From NCBI GenBank assembly GCA_965222375.1, contig CBDCTZ010000015.1, forward strand, positions 1,216,001-1,280,000: DNA of 64,000 bases, given 5' to 3'. Below the pieces are notes generated by a model. It did no database searches. It was not told the DNA's origin and worked only from the letters and a program-made list of their open reading frames with translations. Shown piece after piece: positions 1 through 10,118 of this stretch (position 1 is the first letter of the stretch; every line of letters starts with the position of its first letter). The position numbers and the translations under genes are program-made. This DNA is from Polyangiaceae bacterium. Lineage in GTDB: Bacteria > Myxococcota_A > Polyangia > Polyangiales > Polyangiaceae.

Positions 1-543
1 GAAGTGGAGGTTTGGGAGTTCATCAGCTTCGAGATGGTGCCCGTCTTCGTGGTCAACGAGTCACCTCCAGTGTTGAACTTGTCGCGGGGCTTTCCCTCGG
101 ACCTCACGCAGCACTCCAACGGCATTGGTGCCATGAGCGGTGCCTCCTTTGGAGCCGGCTTCTGGCTCGAGGGCAAGCCCTTCGAGGGCTCCGTGCTGCG
201 GGCAATCATCACCAACTATGGCTACGAATACCGCGCCGACGACGACGCAGGCCGCGTGGACACGGTTCAGCAGACGGAACGGCGCTTCTTTGGCATGTTT
301 GGCTCTCATTCTCGCTGGGGCCCTTTCACCATCGCGGGCGGAATCGGCCTAGGCGTCGAGCTGAACAAGCAAGAGCGTTGCTTTCCCGATGGTGCGACCG
401 GAGTCGCGTCTGCAACGTCGAACGGTTGCGACGGCGAACTCCAGATCGCTTTGGCGCGAGATCTCTCGACTCGCGGCGATTTGAATGGCTCATTCCACCC
501 CGTCTACCTGGAGGCGCGCTTCTCCCTGGGGTTCGTGTTCTGA
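1..543 (+). CDS. 5'-truncated probable outer-membrane beta-barrel protein
   Basis: Open from the window edge; amphipathic beta-strand pattern; C-terminus ends ARFSLGFVF (terminal Phe typical of BAM substrates). Confidence 0.55.
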   Translation, partial: EVEVWEFISFEMVPVFVVNESPPVLNLSRGFPSDLTQHSNGIGAMSGASFGAGFWLEGKPFEGSVLRAIITNYGYEYRADDDAGRVDTVQQTERRFFGMFGSHSRWGPFTIAGGIGLGVELNKQERCFPDGATGVASATSNGCDGELQIALARDLSTRGDLNGSFHPVYLEARFSLGFVF

Positions 544-550
544 GCAGTTC

Positions 551-1228
551 ATGAGCAAACCGAGCGGCAAGATCAAGAACAAGACGGTGAAGATGTTCCC
601 CGAGGACGCACCGCCGCGCCCGCCCACGCCCAATCGGGATCCGGAAGCCACAGTCGTCGGAGCCGCACCCGCGGGCTGGGAACCGGAAATCACGGATCAC
701 GAACTGGAGGACCCGAGCGAACCCGCCCGTGAGGTGCGGGAAAGTCCCGCTAGCTCCAAGCCGCGACCGCAGGCCGAGCGCCCGCCTATCGAAGTAGAGG
801 TGCGCAGAGTCAAGAACCTCGCCACCCACGCCAAGCGACCCCCGCCAGCCTATGAGATCTGGACCAAGAACCGCGTGTACAATCTCGACACGACCCTCAC
901 ATGCGTTGAAGTCATCGAGCTTTCCACCGGGCGCACCGACAAGGAGCACCAGCTGATGGGCGCACAGCTGGTGGGCGGCCAGAGGCGAAGAGACGAAGGC
1001 AACGAGCTCTCTTACCCCTTGCCTGTTCCAGGCACGGACGCCGTGTTTCAGCGCCGCGACGACAAGGGCCGCGTCCGCCTGGTCATGACGAGCAAGGTCA
1101 CCCGTGTATTGCTACACGTTCAGCGGGTCGTAGTGATCGCAGACAAGAGCGAAAACACCTGGGATCAGATTACCAGCTCGCGCCACATGACTCGGGCGTT
1201 CCTCGACGCCGTCGAGAAAGCGAAGTGA
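551..1228 (+). CDS. hypothetical protein (Pro-rich N-terminus, globular C-terminal domain)
   Basis: ATG at 551 just after the upstream stop; C-terminal YEIWTKNRVY...LVGG...P.PG..AVF...TSKVTRV resembles myxobacterial hypothetical proteins. Confidence 0.7.
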   Translation: MSKPSGKIKNKTVKMFPEDAPPRPPTPNRDPEATVVGAAPAGWEPEITDHELEDPSEPAREVRESPASSKPRPQAERPPIEVEVRRVKNLATHAKRPPPAYEIWTKNRVYNLDTTLTCVEVIELSTGRTDKEHQLMGAQLVGGQRRRDEGNELSYPLPVPGTDAVFQRRDDKGRVRLVMTSKVTRVLLHVQRVVVIADKSENTWDQITSSRHMTRAFLDAVEKAK

Positions 1229-1232
1229 GCGC

Positions 1233-1970
1233 CTACCAGTACTTTTCGATGGTGATGTGCCCCGGCTTGCGCACCCGGTGACGTTGCAGCCCGCGTACTT
1301 CCAGTAGCGCCATCAAGTCTTGAATCATGTCCGGGTTGCCACACAGCATCAGATGGGATTTGTCTGGGGCGAGCTTGGCCCGGGCGGCCTCCTCCAGCTG
1401 ACCACTGGAAAGGACCGTCGTGACACGGCCGTGCAGAACGCCAGCTTGGTTCGGGTCACGACTCACGACCGGCACGTAGGACACTTGGCAGCGATCCGTG
1501 CCGGCATCGCGAAGTTCGTTCGCATAGGCCAGATGCGCGGCCTCGCGGACGCCGTGCACCACCACGACGTGGGCGAATCGTTCGAATACTCTCCCAGCCC
1601 GCAGCATCGAGATGTACGGTCCCAAGCCCGTGCCCGTTGCGACTAGCCATAACTGCTCCGAGTCGGGCACGTAGTCCAAGGTGAAGAAGCCTTGCGGCTT
1701 GCTTTCGATCTCGAGGCCTTCCCCTGGCTGGAGAGCAAACAATCGCGGGCTGACTGCGCCGTCGGCAACCTCGGTAACAAAAAACTCCGGCGCTGCTCCC
1801 GGTGCCGAAGCCAAGCTGTAGGCTCGCTTGACTCGCTCCCCACTCACCGACACGGCGATGCTCACCCATTGTCCCGCGACGAAGGACTCGAGCTCCAAAT
1901 CGAAATGAAACGTTGCGAGCCCAGGCGCCCAGTCCAAGCGGCGAATCAGTCTTGCCGGCGTCCAAACCAT
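1233..1970 (-). CDS. fpr: ferredoxin/flavodoxin--NADP+ reductase
   Basis: RAYSLAS FAD motif, ATGTGLGPY, LCGNPDM, C-terminal EKYW. Confidence 0.92.
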   Translation of the reverse strand: MVWTPARLIRRLDWAPGLATFHFDLELESFVAGQWVSIAVSVSGERVKRAYSLASAPGAAPEFFVTEVADGAVSPRLFALQPGEGLEIESKPQGFFTLDYVPDSEQLWLVATGTGLGPYISMLRAGRVFERFAHVVVVHGVREAAHLAYANELRDAGTDRCQVSYVPVVSRDPNQAGVLHGRVTTVLSSGQLEEAARAKLAPDKSHLMLCGNPDMIQDLMALLEVRGLQRHRVRKPGHITIEKYW

Positions 1971-1984
1971 GGCCTCGGTGTATC

Positions 1985-3319
1985 TCAGTCCTTGCTGATC
2001 ACGACAATCGTCTCACCCGCTGCTGCAGTCGCAGACAGCCGGTCGACGACTAGGTAGTGGGTGCCGGCGCCAAGCCTCGCGGTGATGACCCTGGCGTGAG
2101 AACGCACGCATTCCGATCCGGCGGGGCTGCGGAGCAAGTACAGCTCGGCCTCGGCCCCACGATCAAACCCCATGATGCGCACATGCGTGGGCGCCAATAG
2201 CTCGAAGGCGTAAGTAGCTTCGCGCCCCGGTGCCTTCTTGGCACCCCGGCACGGGTAGTCGTGGCGTTGTCCGCTACCAGGCTCGAGGCGAGCAACATCG
2301 ACCAACGGCGGGCTGCCACCACCCGCGTTCACTGGAAGGGGAGCATCCGGTGCCGCGCCACCACGCAACGCGGCATCCACGCGCTCGAGAGCTTGAAGCG
2401 CAAGCAGGTTGCGCAGATTGTAGCCGTGGCGCAACCCCTCCTTCGTGAAGTCGCAGGCGTCGCGCCCGCGCCTACCGCGGAAGGTCGTCGGGTGGATGCC
2501 ATCTTTGGCCAAGCCGCCCCCCGGCAATTTGCCCAACGCCAAGTGGTAGTCCACCAAAGGCACGCTCCGAGCTTGAGCGATGCCCCGAATTGCGGCGTTG
2601 TAGCGGGACACCCAAACCCCTGCCTTCAGCTTGTCCTTCCGCGGAGGGATGGTGAACAGCACCGGTACTACGCCGCGCTCGGCCAGGTAGTCCACGATGT
2701 TCCAGAGCTGGTCGGCGAAGTGGAAGATCGCGCCGATCTCGATGTCGTTGGTGCCAAACTGGACCAGCGCAATTCGAGGCCGAATCGCCTTGAGCTCCTT
2801 GGCCAGGGGCGAGGGCTCGCCGGAAAGCACCTGCCACGCGCTCCAGCCGATTTGCGCCGTCAGGCTGTCGCGGGAGTAAGGATTTGTGCCGTACTCGGGC
2901 TTGCCGGCGAAGCGTCGAATTACGGGTGCCAGAGCGGCGTGGGCGCCGAGGTTGCGGTCCTTCTTGGATAGGCAGCGGTAGGAGTCGTCGCTGAAGGTGA
3001 TGGAATCGCCCACCTTGGCAAAAACGTCCGAGCGCAGCGTGGCATCGCGCCCGGCAATGTCTCGAAGCCGCTGGCCAATCGCGGGCGTCATTGGTGAATG
3101 CACGCGGTCGAAAGGATAGCGGAGGGGAATACGCTCCGTGGCTGGTGGCGCCGCTTTGGGGGCGGCCGCTGAGCCTGGGGCGCTTGTGGGTGGGGACGGC
3201 TGAGCGGCAGGTTTGGCCGCCGCAACCTGGCGAGGCGAGTCCGTATGGGTGCAACCGAGCGTCAGCACCGCAAAGAGTAGCGCCAGACTCGTTGCTCCGG
3301 TGGTGGTGCCGAGGGTCAT
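1985..3319 (-). CDS. SGNH/GDSL hydrolase lipoprotein
   Basis: Lipobox LTLGC; GDSIT, FGTND and DGIHP blocks; C-terminal beta-rich domain; start placed at MTLG (3319). Confidence 0.8.
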   Translation of the reverse strand: MTLGTTTGATSLALLFAVLTLGCTHTDSPRQVAAAKPAAQPSPPTSAPGSAAAPKAAPPATERIPLRYPFDRVHSPMTPAIGQRLRDIAGRDATLRSDVFAKVGDSITFSDDSYRCLSKKDRNLGAHAALAPVIRRFAGKPEYGTNPYSRDSLTAQIGWSAWQVLSGEPSPLAKELKAIRPRIALVQFGTNDIEIGAIFHFADQLWNIVDYLAERGVVPVLFTIPPRKDKLKAGVWVSRYNAAIRGIAQARSVPLVDYHLALGKLPGGGLAKDGIHPTTFRGRRGRDACDFTKEGLRHGYNLRNLLALQALERVDAALRGGAAPDAPLPVNAGGGSPPLVDVARLEPGSGQRHDYPCRGAKKAPGREATYAFELLAPTHVRIMGFDRGAEAELYLLRSPAGSECVRSHARVITARLGAGTHYLVVDRLSATAAAGETIVVISKD

Positions 3320-3485
3320 GACCGATGGATACCGTAAACGCGTACATAGCAGCGTCGCTCCCAGGCGGACCGGGGTACGAAGCGTCGAGAGCCGAAGATG
3401 GCCTTGGAGTTCATGACGGAAAATGCGCAAAAGCGCCACCCCGAACCCGTCGGGGCAGCGCTTCGGCACATCCATTCAATGGCGT

Positions 3486-4211
3486 CTAGAACCAGCCACC
3501 AACCACCGACTTCAGGCCAAAAGCGGTGTCCTTGTCTGCGTCGTCACCCTCGATCTTGCTGCTGAGGTCCATCTCGAAGTAGGGGCCGAGGCCGATGAAG
3601 AAATGCTCCGCGGGGTGGAACAGGATGGGAGCATCCACACCGACGGTCATCTTGTTGCCGCTGACGTCTGTCGTTCCTGTGGCCGGCGGGGGGTTATCCC
3701 GCGACAGGTTGACGATTCGGTACTGAAAGGCAAGTCTGGGCCACAACGAGATGTTCTCCGTCAGGCCGAGATTATAGCCAACACGCGGGCCGATGATGAT
3801 GGCGCTGGCCGAGAGGTCGCCCTGGGACGTCGAACTGTATCCAAGCTGGCCGCCTACTGAGAGACCGTCGATCGCAAAGTAGTCTAGAGCCGGAGCGATA
3901 GTGATGGTCGTCTGTGAATCAGGGTCTGGACCGGCGGCCGCCTTGGTGCTTCGGCTTTCGAATTGCAGTTGCAGATCACCAGAAATCGCGATTTGTCCTG
4001 CCTTGCTGAAGGCACCTTTGCCAGCGGGCATCGCATCCGTTGAGGCGGCGCCAGACGTCGAAGCGGCAGCGTCACCACCCCCGTCCCCATCGCCTTCTTC
4101 TTCACCAACATCTTCCGATATGGCGTCTTCTTCTTCGCCTTGAGCAAGTGCGGTTGTGGTTGAAAGGGCAAGAATGGCCCCAAAGGCAAGTGACGATAGT
4201 TTCCGAATCAT
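3486..4211 (-). CDS. outer-membrane beta-barrel protein
   Basis: Signal peptide (ALA-Q), acidic linker, about 8 amphipathic strands, C-terminal GGWF. Confidence 0.8.
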   Translation of the reverse strand: MIRKLSSLAFGAILALSTTTALAQGEEEDAISEDVGEEEGDGDGGGDAAASTSGAASTDAMPAGKGAFSKAGQIAISGDLQLQFESRSTKAAAGPDPDSQTTITIAPALDYFAIDGLSVGGQLGYSSTSQGDLSASAIIIGPRVGYNLGLTENISLWPRLAFQYRIVNLSRDNPPPATGTTDVSGNKMTVGVDAPILFHPAEHFFIGLGPYFEMDLSSKIEGDDADKDTAFGLKSVVGGWF

Positions 4212-4501
4212 TTGATATCCTCCTCGTACAGGGGCCGGGTGGAGCAGTACCGAGACGTCGGACCCACCGATGACCTCACAGCAATTGTCTCAGCAGCTCA
4301 TTTTCCGGGCCCAATTTCGGGACAATCCCCGAATGTCGCAGACATATACAGTAAGTGTCTGAAAACCTTCCCGATTTGAGTTGGGCGGCCGCCGAAGCAA
4401 CGATTCTTGTTTGAGCGATTTCGGTTATTTAAGGAATGGTTCTAAGGGCGTTTCGACCCCCACGGGTGGCCTATCGGCTCTTGTGACGTAACTCTCCGAC
4501 G

Positions 4502-5542
4502 ATGCTTAGAGCCTCGGCACTCGCCTTCGTCGCATCCCTCGCCGTCACCGCGTGCGGGTCGTCGAGTGACGATCGCGGCCCCGAGCCTCCACACCCATGT
4601 CCACCAGCCGTGGATGCCATTTGTGAAGATCGGGTTGCCTCGGGTGCCATCCCCGCCGCGGATCTCGATGTGTGCAAGGCAAGCGAGTTCGGGGGGTGCA
4701 CGACACTGCACTACTTCCGCAGTTTCCCGAATAGGACGCTGCCAGAATGTCGCTCGGGCGGCTCCACCAAGACGATCAACGCAAACGTCGCCGCCAAGCT
4801 ATTCAAGGGCGGCGGCCTGCGGGACGAACGCGTCGTAGAACAAACCCACGGTCTGCAGCGATACTGGTCGGTTCACGAACTTTGGTTCCACACTGATGCG
4901 ATTGCCACCTCGGTGCCATACCCGCACGCAATGGAAGGCACTCGTGCAGAGCTGGAGACGGCTCTTCGCAACGTCGGCATCGATCCCAACGCAACGTATC
5001 TGACACCGCAGCAGGAGGCGATCGCTAACAAGGCAATCGGCGAGATCGTGTTCCGACCGCTTCGAGAGATGATCCTGGGCAGCCCCGCGCCTGGCCGAGT
5101 CAATATCTTCGTCATTTCGTCCATCGCCGCCCCCTCCCTGGTGGGTTCTTTGGGGGTAAACGGCGAAATTGCGGGGCTCGGAGTATCCCCAACCCTCTTC
5201 GCGCGCATCGGTGAAACGGACCCACAATACGACCTGCTAACACTGATCGGGCTGCCCCCGGATTTCACTCCCACATTATTTGTCGGAAGCGACACCGTCC
5301 GCAAGTACACCAACTACCCGGACAACCTGGTTGCGCACGAGGTGGGACACGTCCTTGGCCTCGTACATCAGAGCAGCACCGGCAACTTGATGACCCAGGG
5401 GACGCCGACCCACTGTCGCACCATCGTCACCGACCAACAGATCGACGATCTAGCGCTACCTCGCTTGAAACACGCGGAGCCGGGCTGGTTGGCTCTGGCC
5501 CGTACGCCCTCGCGCGTGCTGGCAGCCCTGCGGGCGCGGTGA
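4502..5542 (+). CDS. metzincin-type zinc metallopeptidase lipoprotein
   Basis: Lipobox VTAC; HEVGHVLGLVH (HExxHxxGxxH) followed by Met-turn NLM. Confidence 0.8.
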   Translation: MLRASALAFVASLAVTACGSSSDDRGPEPPHPCPPAVDAICEDRVASGAIPAADLDVCKASEFGGCTTLHYFRSFPNRTLPECRSGGSTKTINANVAAKLFKGGGLRDERVVEQTHGLQRYWSVHELWFHTDAIATSVPYPHAMEGTRAELETALRNVGIDPNATYLTPQQEAIANKAIGEIVFRPLREMILGSPAPGRVNIFVISSIAAPSLVGSLGVNGEIAGLGVSPTLFARIGETDPQYDLLTLIGLPPDFTPTLFVGSDTVRKYTNYPDNLVAHEVGHVLGLVHQSSTGNLMTQGTPTHCRTIVTDQQIDDLALPRLKHAEPGWLALARTPSRVLAALRAR

Positions 5543-5639
5543 GTAACCAAGGCGCAACCAACCTCCCTAAACCCAATCCCACCAACCGAAGCTCAGGCGC
5601 AGAGAGCCAGCAGCTTGCCGCAGGCATCCGCCGAATTGG

Positions 5640-6800
5640 TCAGTGCTCTTGGCCGCAGCTATCCGGGTGATCGCCAATGTCCACGACCGGGATGGGCGTC
5701 GACAGAACCTTGTAGCCCCCGGGCGCGCCGCTCTTGCCGATGTCGCAGTGGAAATGATTGCGGTGTGCGGAGTTGTAATTGGGGGTGAGGCAGATGCTGA
5801 AGACCTGCTGAGCTGCCTGATCGCAGATCAGCGTGTACAGCTCTTTCGAGATCCCCGTCTGAGCGGCAAGCCCAGTCGTGCATGTCGTGCTCGATGCGCC
5901 GGACCACTCCTTCCAGTGGCTCGGGTTGTTGATGTCATAGACTTCGCCGGTCGTCTTGTAGAGGTAGCGAATGTCCATGGCGCGGCCGAAAGAGTGGTTG
6001 GAAAAGCCCTTCGCGGAGCAATCAGGCTCCGGATCGTTGGGGCCGCGGCAGTAGTTGGTCTGGCTCCAGCTGCAACAGCAACGATAGCAATAGGAACCCA
6101 AGGTCCCTACCTTGTTGAAGCCATGGCTCTTCAGCACGCCGGCAAACTTGTGCAGCGTGAGGGCGAAGGTGCAGGCGATCGGATCCGTGGTCGGTGTGTT
6201 CGTCGTCGTCTTGGCGAAGAGCACTCCATTGAGGGGGCCACTGAGCTTGATGCCGTCCACGACGCCCTTGGCCACCGTCGGCGTGTACTGAACGCCCAGG
6301 GCATCCAGCTGGTCTAAGCAGCTACTGCTCGAGCCTTTGACCACGAAGTTGACCTTGTCCGTCGCAACTTGGTTGCCGTCGGCATCGAAGCCCCGCGCTT
6401 CGGTCCAGCGGTCCCCCGGGTATTGGTACTGGTACACGAGGGGGAAGTTCGGCGGCTGGGTGCTCTCGCCCAGCGAGAAGTCCGTTTCGATAACGTACTC
6501 CACTTTGGCGATTCCGGGCCCGGCCAACACCTCGAAGTTCACTTGGGCCATGGGCGGATTGCCCGGAGCCTGGGTGTGCACTTGGCCCTCGGTAGGTACG
6601 GTCACGTCCAGGTAGAAGTTCGGCAATGGAGCAGCGTCGCTGGCGGCATCGGGAAAGGCCGCATCGTTGTTCGTAACGACATCGGCACCGGCATCACCGG
6701 AGCCGCCCCCTGTTCCCGCGGGCCGACCGCCCCCCGAGTCGTCACTGGAGCAGGAAAGCGTCATTGCGGAGACCAGGGCGGCTAGAGTTAGGGATCGCAC
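5640..6800 (-). CDS. extensin-like C-terminal domain lipoprotein with Ig-like domain
   Basis: Lipobox TLSC; C..LD.LGV; GSY.CR; NHSFGRAMD (H-x6-D); LTPNYNSAHRNHFH. Confidence 0.75.
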   Translation of the reverse strand: MRSLTLAALVSAMTLSCSSDDSGGGRPAGTGGGSGDAGADVVTNNDAAFPDAASDAAPLPNFYLDVTVPTEGQVHTQAPGNPPMAQVNFEVLAGPGIAKVEYVIETDFSLGESTQPPNFPLVYQYQYPGDRWTEARGFDADGNQVATDKVNFVVKGSSSSCLDQLDALGVQYTPTVAKGVVDGIKLSGPLNGVLFAKTTTNTPTTDPIACTFALTLHKFAGVLKSHGFNKVGTLGSYCYRCCCSWSQTNYCRGPNDPEPDCSAKGFSNHSFGRAMDIRYLYKTTGEVYDINNPSHWKEWSGASSTTCTTGLAAQTGISKELYTLICDQAAQQVFSICLTPNYNSAHRNHFHCDIGKSGAPGGYKVLSTPIPVVDIGDHPDSCGQEH

Positions 6801-6923
6801 GCCCTTGGCCTAGCTCGCTGCGGCCCGTAGGTCAAAGCACCCGTGCGAGCTCATCGAACCGAGTGGGAATCCCTCAAGGCATGCCGCGGTGCGCCGTAAC
6901 TAATAGGGTACAATTGGGTCCAG

Positions 6924-8354
6924 ATGACGCCTCGCTTCATTCCGCTTTTCGCGCTGCTGATCAGCGCTTGCGCCGTGACCCACGACCCGGACCCCGTGGC
7001 CAAGGGCGGTTCCGGCGGGGCGCAGGCAGACGCGGGTTTGGGGGGCAGCGCCGGCTCGGGAACGGGCGCCGTCGCGGCCAGTGGTGGCGCGGGGGCAGGC
7101 GGCAGCGCCGGCGCGAGCGCGACCGGCGGTGTGGGCGCCACAGGGGGCATGGGCGGCACGGCTGGCGTGGGTGGCTCTGGAACGGGCGGCGTCGGCGCAA
7201 CAGGTGGCGTCGGCGCGACAGGTGGCGTCGGTGCGACGGGTGGTGTGGGCGCGACCGGGGGCATCGCCACGGGAGGCACCGGGGGCATCGCCACGGGAGG
7301 CACCGGAGGCGGCAGCGTGGGCATTGGTGTGTACAGCTACACAGCCGTACCCGCCTTTGGCCTCGTGAACCCGCCGGCCGTGGCCCACCATCCCGATGGC
7401 GGGCACGCGTTGGTCTTGGACTGGGCGGACAAGGTGTACCGCTACAGCGCGGGAGCCCTGACCCAAGTTGCATCAGCTGGCAGTGGCGTGTCTTGGCGTG
7501 ATGTCGTGTACGTGAACAAGGACCAAGCCGTGTTGCTTGGACGCCACGGTAGCCTGAACGAAGGGCGTATCTACGTTTGGGACGAAAAGACGTCCAAGCT
7601 CACGGAGCAAACAGCCGAGAAGTTCGCAGGGGGAACCTACGAGTCCATCGACATCGCAGCGAACGGCACCGGGAAGTTGCTCGGCTCCAAGAAGAGCAGC
7701 GGCGCTGGCTACCTTGCGTATCTATGGGACTTCACGGTGCTCTCGGGTCGGACGAATGTGAAAGCCAAGCCGACCTCCGCGGGGTGTCAGGATCTCGCCT
7801 GGGCGACGGACGCGTTCAACGGCACGGCGGTCGCAGTCGTCTGCGGGCTCAACGGTGCCACACTGTTTCACCTGGACAGCGGTGGCTTCTTTCAGGACTA
7901 CACCGGCAATTCCGGCAACGTTTCCCGCATCTCGTCGCGTCCCCAGCGCGACTATGCACTTCTGGTGGGTAGCTCCAGTTCGAAGGTGTATCGCTACCAG
8001 CAAGGTTTGTGGACCACGGGGTTCAATAGCCCGCAGCTGAGCGGGATCTTCGGCGTCGAGTTTTCGTCGGATGGCAGCCGCGCGCTCTTGTTCGGTCGCG
8101 CCTTGGGCTCGCCCCTCACCGGGCGCGTATTCGAGTTCCGCCACGACTTGATGAAGCAGTCGGACTTCACGGACGTGTCGATCCCCAACTTCGGCTTGCC
8201 GCCCTACAACGCCACGAGCAACGTCTACCTGAACGACGTCTCCTGGCAGCCCGGCTGCGACGGCGGCCTGATCGTCGGTGGAATGAACACCCTGAGCACC
8301 AAGAAGGGATACGTGATCCGATTCTCGGTGATCAACGGAAGCAGCTGCACGTAG
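6924..8354 (+). CDS. lipoprotein with Gly-rich linker and probable beta-propeller
   Basis: Lipobox ISAC; TGGVGA repeats; repeated blade-like segments (AHHPDG, EFSSDG, SWQPG). Confidence 0.7.
   Translation: MTPRFIPLFALLISACAVTHDPDPVAKGGSGGAQADAGLGGSAGSGTGAVAASGGAGAGGSAGASATGGVGATGGMGGTAGVGGSGTGGVGATGGVGATGGVGATGGVGATGGIATGGTGGIATGGTGGGSVGIGVYSYTAVPAFGLVNPPAVAHHPDGGHALVLDWADKVYRYSAGALTQVASAGSGVSWRDVVYVNKDQAVLLGRHGSLNEGRIYVWDEKTSKLTEQTAEKFAGGTYESIDIAANGTGKLLGSKKSSGAGYLAYLWDFTVLSGRTNVKAKPTSAGCQDLAWATDAFNGTAVAVVCGLNGATLFHLDSGGFFQDYTGNSGNVSRISSRPQRDYALLVGSSSSKVYRYQQGLWTTGFNSPQLSGIFGVEFSSDGSRALLFGRALGSPLTGRVFEFRHDLMKQSDFTDVSIPNFGLPPYNATSNVYLNDVSWQPGCDGGLIVGGMNTLSTKKGYVIRFSVINGSSCT
7122..7310 (+). 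repeat. degenerate 18/24-bp coding tandem repeats (TGGVGA / TGGIATGG)
   Basis: Visible in DNA and translation. Confidence 0.8.
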
Positions 8355-8461
8355 GCAGCCCCCGCCGCGCAAAGAACCGAACCTGCGCGAGTGATTGTCT
8401 GGCAAACGCGATCCGGACATCGCGGTGCAACGCGTCGTGGTTTTCCGGTTAAGCTACCGCG

Positions 8462-9901
8462 GTGCGACGACTACTACTGCCCGCGTGTTTGACCCTCGTG
8501 CTGTTGGCGTGCAAGCGGAGCGAATCCGGCCCCGCCGCCCACGACACCACCCAACCTCCTTCACCGCCAGCGCCAACCATCGCTGTGCAACCAACCACGC
8601 CAGCCGTTGCGACCACGATGCCGCCACCTCCAGCACCCACGGAGGTGATCGAGGCTCCGGACGGCGCATTGCTCGCGGGCAAGGACACCTACGCGGTCAT
8701 CGCCGGGGTGCTCAGCTTCGCCGAGCCCGGAGTTGCGGGTTGGTCCGCGAAGAACCGCAAAGATCTGGAGCTGTATCAACTCTTGCGTTCTCGGGGTGTG
8801 CCCACCAAGAACCTCGAACTACTGCTCGACGACAAGGCAACCCATGCCAACGTCGCGGCCGCTTTGAAGCGCGTCGCGAAGCGCGCGCCGGCGGGCTCTA
8901 CCCTCTTGTTCTACTACGCGGGCCACGGGACCCGTGACAAGAGCGGCAAGCCCTACTTCTTGGCCTATGACACGAAGAGCCGAGACATGCCGAACACTGG
9001 CATCGCGGTGTCGGGTGTCGCGGACACGCTGACGCAGCACTTCTCCGGACGGCGAGTCGTACTGATGGCGGACTGCTGCTACTCCGGCACGCTCAAGGAC
9101 GTCGCCGACACCGTAGCGGAGAAGAAGAAGATCGAAGCCGTGAGCATCACGTCTGCCGACGCATCGAATCTTTCCACCAGCAACTGGACGTTCACGCAGA
9201 CCGTGATTGACGGCCTACGCGGGGATGGGCTGATGGACCGGGATCGCAACGGAACCGTCAATCTGGCCGAGCTGGGTGGGAGTGTGGCGGACGAGATGAA
9301 GTTCCGCGAAAAGCAGCGTCACGGCTTCCATCTCCGCGGCCTGACTCCGAACACGGCCATCGCGAAGGCCGCCAAAGTCGAAGCCGGCGCGGGCCCCCAC
9401 AAGGCGGGCAGCTACGTACTGGCGAGCTACGACCACAGCATGCGCACCGCCCAAGTGCGAAAGGCCGGCAAGGACACGAGCCTGGTGCGCTTCTATCACT
9501 ACAGCCATAGCGAAGAGCGGCAGGTCGCTAACTCGGATCTGCAAGCGCTGAAGTTCCGAAGGTACAAGAAGGACGCAAAGCTCAAGGTCTACTGGGGCGG
9601 CAAGCTCTGGGACGCGCAAGTCACGAAGGCCGAAGGCGACTTCCACTTCATCACCTATCCGGGCTGGCCCGCCTACTGGGACGAGTGGGTGATGAGCGAT
9701 CGCATCGCCGACACGGGCCCCGAGGGCGCCGGCGGCAACGAAAAGGTGCAGATCGAATGGCGCGGCAAATGGTGGCCCGGCGTGATCTTGAAGAAGCAGG
9801 GCAAACGCTACCTCGTGCACTACGATGGCTACGGCCCCGAGTGGGACGAATGGGTCACCGAAGCGCGACTGAAGCGCAAGGCGGGCGCGAAGAAAAAGTA
9901 G
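8462..9901 (+). CDS. caspase-family (peptidase C14-like) lipoprotein with C-terminal Tudor/Agenet-like domains
   Basis: Lipobox LLAC; FYYAGHG and ADCCYSG (His-Cys dyad); repeated V..W.G.W....V......Y.IHY.GW..YWDEWV...R modules. Confidence 0.85.
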   Translation: MRRLLLPACLTLVLLACKRSESGPAAHDTTQPPSPPAPTIAVQPTTPAVATTMPPPPAPTEVIEAPDGALLAGKDTYAVIAGVLSFAEPGVAGWSAKNRKDLELYQLLRSRGVPTKNLELLLDDKATHANVAAALKRVAKRAPAGSTLLFYYAGHGTRDKSGKPYFLAYDTKSRDMPNTGIAVSGVADTLTQHFSGRRVVLMADCCYSGTLKDVADTVAEKKKIEAVSITSADASNLSTSNWTFTQTVIDGLRGDGLMDRDRNGTVNLAELGGSVADEMKFREKQRHGFHLRGLTPNTAIAKAAKVEAGAGPHKAGSYVLASYDHSMRTAQVRKAGKDTSLVRFYHYSHSEERQVANSDLQALKFRRYKKDAKLKVYWGGKLWDAQVTKAEGDFHFITYPGWPAYWDEWVMSDRIADTGPEGAGGNEKVQIEWRGKWWPGVILKKQGKRYLVHYDGYGPEWDEWVTEARLKRKAGAKKK

Positions 9902-9952
9902 TCAGCGCGGTCGGATTGGTTCTTGGAGGGCAACAGAGCTGAACTGCGCCGC
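9873..9952 (+). repeat. 80-bp direct repeat, copy 1 (caspase 3' end plus downstream DNA)
   Basis: 78/80 identical to 11493-11572; weaker similarity continues about 40 bp further. Confidence 0.95.
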
Positions 9953-10118
9953 ATTGGGCTTCGAGAGTGGGCCTCTCGCACCGGGGTGCGCCTGTAACCA
10001 CGTCATCCCAAGTGCGACGGCCTCCAAACGAGTCCGTGCTGCGAACGGTACTCAGCGAGGGGCCACCCACGCTGGTGAAGCCCAGCCAGGCAACGTGGTC
10101 TGCTAGGTTTGTCGTCGA

